A stretch of DNA of 64,000 nt from Piromyces finnis finn (lineage: Eukaryota > Fungi > Neocallimastigomycota), in the NCBI GenBank assembly GCA_002104945.1, contig MCFH01000002.1, forward strand, positions 868,001-932,000, read 5' to 3'. Under the pieces are notes generated by a model. That model worked only from the letters and a program-made list of their open reading frames with translations, was not told the DNA's origin and did not search any database. The stretch's first letter is position 1; each line of letters opens with the position of its first letter. The translations under genes were made by a program, and so were the position numbers. Of this stretch, positions 43,695 through 64,000 are shown in pieces.

Positions 43695-45291
43695 GATAAT
43701 ACACTAGCATTTTTAATTTTAAATAAATAATAAATTGAAATTTAATAAATTATATCTTGAAAAAAAGCAAGACATAGTTTATTAAACCTCCTTACTTATG
43801 ATGATTGTACAATTTAGTATAATGAAAAATTGTAAAGAATTAAATTAAATAACCTTATAAATGTAATATATTTATTACATATATCAATAAGCACATAATA
43901 ATATTTAATAAAGTAAAAACAAATAAATATACAGTTCTTTACTTTTTAACATTTCTATATGTTTATGTAATATTTTATTAATTATTATTATTATTATTTT
44001 AAAGTTTTACTTTCAATATTTAAAATTCTATTCTGTGATATATAATGATATATAATTGTTTTTTTTTCTAATTAAAAAAAAAGAAAAAGAAAAATATCAA
44101 TTATAATATAAATTTTATTTACTTTTTAATGACGATAAATAAATTATAAAAATGAATAATAAGCGATTAAGTTAACTAATTTAAAATGATATAGAATTTA
44201 TGATTAAAAATTACTTATTTAATTTTAATAAAAAGAGTATTATTAATTATAAAAAAAATTACATTTTATTAAATTCAAGTTTTATATATATATATATTTT
44301 CTGCATTTTTATTTTTATTAAAAATGTTTTTTTTTCTTTATTTTTAAAAGTACTATGTAAAAATATAGCATATTTATCTTTTTTTTAAAAAGAAAATTAT
44401 GGTTGATTCAAAGCATGAAATAAAAAATAAAAATAAAATTTACTATAGCAATTATACTATTCCTTTTTAAGTTCACTGAATATTCCTTTTTCTATTTTTT
44501 TTTAATAATTAATAAACTATTGATATTTTTTTTTATTCAAGTGTAATATATAATATCTATTTATTTTAATATATTTTATTTTATTGCCACAGATTTAAAT
44601 TCAAAAATAATATCTATTAATGTTAATTAAAAGTAGGTATGACAAAATAAAATTTATAGGTTTTAAATTAAATTGTAACTAATTTAGGCTATTAATATAA
44701 ATATAATATATTAATAGTTTAATAATTATAAGGTAATGACAAAGAAATATAAAAGAATTAATAAAATTATAAAATTTGACATTTAGATAATAAAAAATAA
44801 TTGATTTTGAAAAAAAAAAAAAAAGACAAAGTATTTCAAGTATTTTAGTTGATTTATTTGAGAAAATATTATATTAATAAATAAAAAACTAATAAATTAA
44901 CAAATAAAATAATAAATATATTAAAAAAAAGGCTAAATATTTTTTAACAAACACGAAAAGTTTAATTAAAGTGATAATATTTTTAGTAATAGAATAGATT
45001 ATAATTTATATTTTATAAAAAACTACCAATTAATTATTTATTATTTCATTGAAATGTAGAATAATATTTAAAGATGAATTTTATTATATAAATTTTTATT
45101 ATAGACCCTTTTTATTTAATATTGTTTAAATATATATTAGAATTTATTATTAAAAAACAATATATTAAACATTATTTTTTCTATTCAATCTATTGGCTAT
45201 AATTAATTTTGAAACAGTATAACTAAATCTTAAAAAAATTATGTTTATTGATATTATTTTATTTTTTTTTTAAAGTATAATTAAAAACATA

Positions 45292-46263
45292 ATGGCTCCA
45301 ATAGTAGATAAAGGCGATTTTAAGCCAACAGAACACCAAACAACAACTTTAGTTATCATTGGTATTTATATTGTTGTTATTTTAATATTTTGGAATGTTA
45401 AATTCTTAAGTACTATATTATGGCCATTTAAGGTAAAAATATATATAATTAATAAATGAAAAAGTTTGTCATTACGTTTTAAAATAACAGAAAAAAAAGG
45501 TTGAATTTACGTATATTAAAAAATTTAATATAAATTTATAAAAATAAAAAAGATTTTCACAGTTGGCCTTCATGAATTATCACATGCAATTGCAGGTAAA
45601 TTAACTGGTGCAAAGATTGAATCTATAAAGGTTGATGCTGATGAAGGTGGTTGTTGTACAATGAGAGGTGGTAAACAATGGGTTACACTTCCAGCAGGAT
45701 ATGTTGGTAGTTCATTATTCGGTGCTCTTATGATTTTTTGTGGTTTCAATGAACAAGCAAGTAAGATTTGTGCTGTAATAATTGGTATTAGTATGCTTTT
45801 ATTATTATGGTATTCCAAAAATTGGATTGTAAGACTTATTACAGTAGTCTTCGTTGGTCTAATTGGATTAGTATGGTGGCTTGAAAATGCTAAATATTTA
45901 GTTTACTTTGTATTATTCTTAGGGTAAATATAATAAATTTTATTTTATTCTTATAGTTAGACTTTAATAAAAATAATATTAAGAGATTTTATTTAACATG
46001 TTTTAAAATTATTATAAATTTAATTATATAGTACAATGAGTTGTTTCTACTCACTTTGGGATATTATTGATGATATAGTATTACATAAAATAAATGAGTC
46101 TGATGCATCTAAATTTGCCAAAATATTTTGTCGTGGTTGTATTCCAGCCCAAGTTTGGGGATTCTTTTGGTTTGTTTATTCAGTAGCATTTTTATTTATC
46201 GGTATCGCTGCTGCCTTGTTTGCATTTAGAGACAGAGACAATAATCCTGATACAATGTTCTAA
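45292..46263 (+). CDS. Peptidase M50B-like integral membrane metalloprotease, ~247 aa
   Basis: Exons 45292-45432, 45553-45923, 46032-46263. FTVGLHELSHAIAG (HExxH), EGG..TMRGG, LPAGYVGSS, SDASKFA, several hydrophobic helices. Confidence 0.85.
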
Positions 46264-47084
46264 GTAAATTACTTATAATAATGAAAAGCAATTCAAAATG
46301 AAAACTTTTATTATTTAGTCATAAAAACGACATATACAAAATATATATTAAATGTAAATATATCATATCAACGTAATATTATTACTTTAATCTATGCACA
46401 AATATTTATACGCATTAAATACACTTTAAAAAAACAAGATATTATGAATATTAAATATAATTAATACAAGAAAATATAAAATATTAATTCTAAATATTAT
46501 TTATTAGCATATATAAATAAAAATTATAAACATATATTATATCTATTAAAATATTCTTTTAATTTTTATAGTTAAAGTTAAAGGAATAATAGAATAAATA
46601 ATAAAAGATATGTATTAAATATATATTTTTTTAAATGACATTATTTTTGTTATTATATAAAACAATTTTTTTATCAATTCACTTTTAAATATTATTTCTA
46701 TAATTAATGAAATAATATATATTATAAACTAACTACTGAAAAAATATATATATAATAAAACTTTATACTATTTTACGAAATTAATAATAACAAAACCTTT
46801 TTAATTTAAATTTTAATTTTATTATAATATTAATGATTTGAAATGAATTACAATAAATGTTGAGTTTTGAATATTAATGGTAAAACGAAGAATTATAAAA
46901 CTAAAAAAATTCTAATTTATAAATTTATAAATATGATTTAAATATGTTGAATTTTTAAATGAATGTATAAAGATATATTGTGGATTGAATAATAATGTTT
47001 TTTTTCTTAAAATATTTTTTGAAACTCTTTTTTATTTATTACAGCAACATGGATGTAATCCTTGAGTAGATAAGTCATGACAAT

Positions 47085-47855
47085 GGCATTTATGAATTAT
47101 TTTATGAGAACATTCTGTAATATGTTCTTCTTCAGTTTCTTTACCTAATAGTTGTAAATTTGATATATATATATAATTTAGTATATTTATAATTTCATAA
47201 ATTATTCATTTTTTTTTTTTTTTTGAATTACAATATTAATATTTACATTCTTTATCTTTAGAGCATTCTGTAATTCCTTCAGTAGGAGTGCTATTTGAAT
47301 CTTGTTCTTTTGCAGCATTCTTCATCTTTAGTGATAATAATTGAAATATTTTAATATTCATTATCATTAATATTATAAAGTAATTGAAAATATATATTAA
47401 ATTATATTATATTTTGGAAAGCTATTAAATTCATTTTCATATAATATATATTTACCTTTTCTTCATATTCCTTCTTCTTTTTTTCGTAAATTCCTTCAAT
47501 AATCATATTTTCCCATTCTCTTTGGTAGTGATATGATATAACTTTTCCGACTGGCACTGAATATCTTTAAATTTATATAAAAGTTTTAATAAAACAGAAT
47601 AATCAATGTTATAATATATATGTTTAAAATATTTACTTTGTTTCTAAACCGTAAGTATAGTTTGGATTATCATCAGAAGGAAGATGTGGTTTTCTTCTTC
47701 TTTGTAAATCCTCAGTTGGAGATACAATGATATTTTTTCTAAGTTCTTCAATAAAATATAAATATATATATATATATATTAATATTTAAATAGTTTATTA
47801 TTGAAGATTTATAGTATACTACACAAATCAAATATATACCTTCTAATGATTGCAT
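47085..47855 (-). CDS. Small multi-exon hypothetical protein, weakly CFAP77-like (possible flagellar protein)
   Basis: Spliced read MQSLEELRKNIIVSPTEDLQRRRKPHLPSDDNPNYTYGLETKYSVPVGKVISYHYQREW... from exons near 47855, 47745-47638 and 47567-47456. The 3' end is unresolved. Confidence 0.45.
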
Positions 47856-48225
47856 ATTTATTTATTATCTATTTAATTTAATTAAGAGATATTTTTTAAA
47901 TGTTTTTTGAAATGAAAAAAAAAGGAATATAATTTAAAAATTTTTTTCTTTTTAACAATTTATGAAAACTTTAATAATATTAGTAATTATAATAAATAAT
48001 ATTATTTTTATTGATAAATTAAAAGTAGATAAAGTTTCAAGGAAATTTTTTCTATTTAACATAATAAATATAATAAATATTAAAAAATGTTTTGACTTAA
48101 TATAAAGTATTTTAATTATATAGAGTTTAAATGCAATTTTAACAATTTTAATTTGCTTTGATTTTTTACTTTTTTTTATAAATCTATAATAATTTTTTTA
48201 AATTTTAATTAACATATCATTACAT

Positions 48226-48246
48226 TATCACGTGTTTCACACCAAT
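48226..48246. promoter_or_regulatory. E-box CACGTG plus CCAAT in the divergent promoter of TAF6 and the small minus-strand gene
   Basis: tatcacgtgtttcacaccaat lies between two head-to-head ATGs (47855 and 48324). Confidence 0.35.
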
Positions 48247-48323
48247 TTGATTTTCAAAATATAATTCATATTCCTACTCTATTTCATAATTATTTTTTTT
48301 AAAGAAATATAAAACTGAAAAAT

Positions 48324-48674
48324 ATGTCGGATCAGTTAAGTGTATTATCTACAAATTTAATAAAGGTAGTTAACTTTTTTTTATTTTATTTTATCATGTT
48401 TAGTAATAGGTTTTATTAATATATATACTTTTTCAGTAAAACAGTTATATATTTTTAATAACGCTTTTTATTTATTTTTTTTTTTTTTATTTTTCTCTTA
48501 TTTAATAAATGCAAACATAGTCTGCTGGTGAAAGTGCTGGTGTTGAAGTTTCTGATTCAGCGGTATAAATTTATAATTATATTTTATGTAAATCTGTTTT
48601 ATTTTAATATCAAAGGTTACTAAAATTTATTGTATATGTAATTTTAATTAATTTTTCACATATATATATATACA

Positions 48675-48709
<35 letters not shown>

Positions 48710-50889
48710 AAAGGCCAAATTATTAGCACAAGATGTTGAATACAGAATTAGAGAAATTGCAGAAGTAAATCATTATTATAATTATTAAAATAAAATATAA
48801 AGCATTGATAAATGAATTATTTTGGAATTAAAAGAGGAAATTTAAATATTCAATATTACTAATAAATAATAAAAATCATCACAATTTAATGTATATTTTT
48901 AAATTGGTATAAATATATATATATATTATTAAATTCAATATAAATCAATTTTCAATATACTTAAAAAGATTATAAAGTAATATATATATTTATATACTTT
49001 ATTTAATAAATAAATTTGAATAATTAAAACATTAAATGCCAATCATTATGTTTTTTAAAAAATGTCATATTTTATAAAATAATTCATTAAAAAATAAAAA
49101 GTAATCATTATAATATATATATTAAACTCCAAAAATTTTTTATTATTTCCAAATATATAATTTTACTTTATTAAAAGGAAGCAAGAAAATTTATGAGACA
49201 TTCTCATAGAGATATATTAACAACAAGTGATATAAATTATGCCTTGAGAGTTAGAAATGTTGAAGTAATTATTTTTTCATTATGTAATTATATAATTTTA
49301 TATAATGAGAAATTAATTATATGTATATATATTAAAAAATAATTGTAGCCAATGTATGGTCTTAATTCGAAAGAAGAATTAAGATTTCAACCTATTGTTG
49401 GACAAGATATTTATTATGCAGATGATGAAGAATTATCATTAGATGATTTAATTAATACGCTATTACCACCTGTACCACTTGATGTCACATTTACTGGTGA
49501 GTTGAAATAAAACAGGTTTAAACATTTCATTTTGTTTCATGTTTTTATAATTATTGTAATAATAAGTATATTAAAATGATTCTTTGTTATATTAAAAAGG
49601 TCACTGGCTTGCTATTGAAGGTGTACAACCAGCTATTCCTCAAAATCCAAGTCCTCAAGAAAGTGAGTTTAAAGAATTTGATATCATAAATTTTAAATTG
49701 AAAATTTTGATTATTTAATAAATATTAATATTCACTATTTTCTAAATATAAAAATAAAGTTGAAATTCTTAAGAAACAAGCTTCCAATGATAAATTATTA
49801 TTACAACAAGATAAATCTTCTAATGATATTGTACAAAACATGTTATCCAAGGAATTAAGAATTTATTATGAAAAATTAACCGAATCTGTTGTAAGCTCAG
49901 ATGAAACTCTTCAACAAGCTGTATTTGATAGTTTAAAACAAGATCCTGGTATTCATCAATTAGTTCCTTACTTTGTCAAGTTTATTATTGAAAATGTAAG
50001 TTTTTTTAATCTCTTTATAACACTTTATGAATTAATTCATATAAAAATAAATAGATATTAATATTAAAAATATATATATATTATAATAGGTTACTAAAAA
50101 TAGAAAGAACCTTCAAGTTTTATGGTCTGTTATGAAAATGATTGGATCTCTTTTAGAAAATACTCATATATATATGGAACCATATGTATGAATTATATAG
50201 CAATATTTTGAATAATATATTAAAATGATATTATGTAGTATAATATATTAAACAAATATATATATATATATTTAATGAAGTTACATCAACTTATGCCATC
50301 AATATTGACCTGTGTAGTAACAAAACACTTAGGAGAGAAAGCTTCAGAGGATCATTGGGCATTACGTGATTATGCAGCTTCTTTAGTTGCCTTAATATGT
50401 AAACAATTTGGTTCTGCTTATCATACATTGCAGCCACGTGTATCAAAAACATTATTACATGCTATTATGGATCCTGGTAAACCATTCACAACTAGCTATG
50501 GTGCTATTATTGGTTTATCTCTCTTAGGTGAAGAAGTTATAAGAGTATTAATATTACCAATTATAAAACCATTTTCAGCCAGAATAGAGAATGAAATTAA
50601 ATCAGGGTCAAAACCATCAAGAATTGAGGAAGCCAAACGTTGTCAAAATGCTTTAATTGTATGTATACTCTATTTATTACAATTCTTGATTAATTAGCTC
50701 ATTAAAATATATTATAAATACTAATTATATTTTAAAAAAATTTTTTAATAGAAATCATGTAAAGAATTAATTACACAAGAATATAATGAATATATGAAAA
50801 AAGGTAATACTTTAGAAAGTTTTAAAACATATCTTAATGAAACATATGGTTATATAGGTGATTCCTTTTATGAAACTGTAACGAAATAA
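48324..50889 (+). CDS. TAF6: TFIID/SAGA subunit TAF6, multi-exon
   Basis: Histone fold (AGESAGV..SDSAAKLLAQDVEYRIREI..EARKFMRHS), HWLAIEGVQPAIPQNP, HMLSKELRIYY, DPGIHQLVPYF, HQLMPSILTC, HWALRDYAASL, YGAIIGL. Confidence 0.95.
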
Positions 50890-51437
50890 AATTTATTAGA
50901 GTGAATCATTCATTTATTAACTCAAAACAAACAAATTAACAAAAAAGTCTTATTTACATATAAAATTCTTTGTTATTTTTTTAAAATTTTTTTATATCAA
51001 AAAATATTTTTATATCGTCAAATCCTGTAATTTATAATTTATATATAAACATTATTTTTCTTTAAAATAATTCTATTATATAATATATTATTATTAAATT
51101 TATTATTAATGATAATACAATAATTCGAAAAACATATATATTTATCCCATTTAAAATAAAATAAAAGTTTGCAACTATAAAATTATATATTTATACATAT
51201 TCTTTTTATCAATTTTTTTGATTTTCAATAAATATTTTATTAAGAAATTATTTAAAATTTAATTTTATTATTATTAATGAAATAATTATTTATTATGTTT
51301 TAATTACTACAATTTTTCTAATACGAAAGTCTAGTTTAATTTTTAAAAAATTAAATACAAAATTTACATATTTTTTAAATTACAAGTTTTTTTTTTTTTT
51401 TGTAGATATTGAAAATTTTATATTTTTTTTTTTCTTT

Positions 51438-62050
<10,613 letters not shown>

Positions 62051-64000
62051 TTTTTATATTTTTTCTTCTCTATATTTTTATTATATTTCAAAATTTTCAA
62101 ACTTTATGTTGATGATGTCTGTAACTTTTCTTTATTATTTATTGATTTTTTTTTTTTTTTTTCTGTTTTTATACTATCTTTTTTTTTTCTTCTTGATTAG
62201 ATACTTTTATTTCCAAAGAAAAAATAAATTTATAAAAAAAAAAAAAAAATATCCAATTTATGTTCTCTCTTAATTTGATATATACATTTGTTATATTATA
62301 TAGTAATATATATAATATAAATAAATAATATTTTATATAAAATGGTTATTATATCTACTTTGAATATAAAATTATATGTTGTCAAACTTATAACTGATAT
62401 AGTAATGAATTGAAAAAAAAAAAAAGAATGTGAGTAAAATGATTAAACCTTTGATATTTAATATACTTTAATGTACATATAATTATATACAATGCTAAAA
62501 TAAATATATTTATTTTAATTTTTTTCTTTTTTTTTATTTTGTTTTAATACTATATTTTAAAAATATATATATATATATATATTAGTAATATTTATCATCA
62601 AAATATCGTTTCTCTTTTTTTTTATATATACTTTTTCTTACAATTTTCAAAAAAAAAAAAAAAATAATATATATATATGTATGTAAGAAAAAAAAACTAA
62701 TTTTATCAAGTTAAAAATAAGTTTTTCATATATAATAAATTATAACATGCATCCATATAGTATATTTTTATTTTTAAAAAATAAATGTAATAATAAATAA
62801 TTATTATATTACATTTAAATAAAATAATAGACTTTAATAACGATTAAAGTTGTTTATGAGAAAAAGAAAGATAAAAAGAAATTAAATATAAAGAATTATT
62901 AAATAAAGTTTCCTAAAGTATAAATATAAAAATATTTTTTAAAGGTAAATGTAAAAAAAAAATTTTTTTTTAAATATTTTTATTTTTCATATAGATTTAC
63001 CTTAGTTTATAAATAATAAGTAAGAATTTTATTTTTAATAATTTTTTTTTTAAATTCAAATCTATATTTAATTTTAACATTGTGTATTTCTTTTTTTTTT
63101 TTTTTTAATAAACAATATATGTTAAAATGTATATATATAAAATAATGTATATTCCACACAATGATCAAAAATTATAGTTTATAATATAAAAAGGAAATAT
63201 GAATAATTAATCATTATATATATTTATATTTTTAATAAATAAATAAAATCCAGAAGAAAAAATAGTCTTTTTTTTTTTTTTTTAATGTAAAAATCTTATT
63301 TATCCTAAAAATTTTAGCCAAAAAAAAAAATTGTACCCATACCTCATGACACTTTAATAATTTTTAAAAAAAAAAAAAAAAAAATTTTTTTTTGACAGTT
63401 TTTTTTAAATATTTATTTTGTTAAAAAAAAAATGTGGATAGATTTATGAAATATAAATTATTATTTACATTTTTAATATATATATATGAAAAATTAAAAT
63501 ATAAACTTTTAATCGATTTTATATTTTATGGATTTTTTTTTTTTCTCTCCATCATTATTATTATTTTGTCGTTACTTTTATTTTTTTTATCAATTTATTC
63601 AATATTCATATTTTCATTTATATATATACTTTTTTTTTTCTTTTAAAAAAGAATAAAGAAAAAATGAATGGTAGGGATTTGTATAAAATAATCCTATTTT
63701 ATTTAATTTAATCATAAAAATCATTGCTGTCCATTAAATAATCTTTTTTTTTTTTACTGCTTTATTTTTTGTTTTATTTTTATATTTATATTTAGGTTTA
63801 TATTTATTTATTTTTTTTTTTTTTTCTTAATAAAATAAAATTATAATTATTATGATAATAATAATTTAATAATAATAATATTAATAATAATAATAAAATA
63901 AAAAAAAACTGATTTTTCTTGTATAGTAGTAGGAAACGATTTAAAAAAATTTTTAAAAATTTTTGTATTCAATAATAAAAAAAAAAACTTCTTTTTTCTT

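Overview
Extremely AT-rich, intron-containing eukaryotic DNA. Fungal non-catalytic dockerin (CBM10) domains and flagellate-fungus-type gene content point to an anaerobic gut fungus (Neocallimastigomycota). I reconstructed exon models by hand from GT..AG sites and checked reading frames. Genes in order: 3' end of a CSR1/Sfh2-like CRAL-TRIO protein; CDC4; a secreted CBM52-dockerin x3-GH16 x3 protein; fibrillarin; ATP-phosphofructokinase; one or two orphan genes; a YPK1/Gad8-type kinase; a UBL-RGS protein; a putative HTH DNA-binding protein; a coiled-coil RING protein; a decayed cytosolic HSP70 pseudogene; HIS3; a peptidase M50B protein; a small possibly ciliary protein; TAF6; and a ~3,200-aa coiled-coil protein built of 22-residue repeats. 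Top leads: (1) the dockerin-bearing GH16 has one intact catalytic module plus two conserved modules whose acid/base Glu is replaced by Lys; (2) an unassigned ~165-nt Y-shaped structured RNA candidate just upstream of fibrillarin; (3) a transcription-factor-like gene whose N-terminal domain resembles a cyanobacterial/phage HTH family; (4) an RGS protein with repeated KLxxxFG motifs, one resembling the Ste11 FFGQRPPSELI motif. No tRNA, rRNA, CRISPR array or intact transposon was recognised. Family assignments are from motif recall, not database searches.
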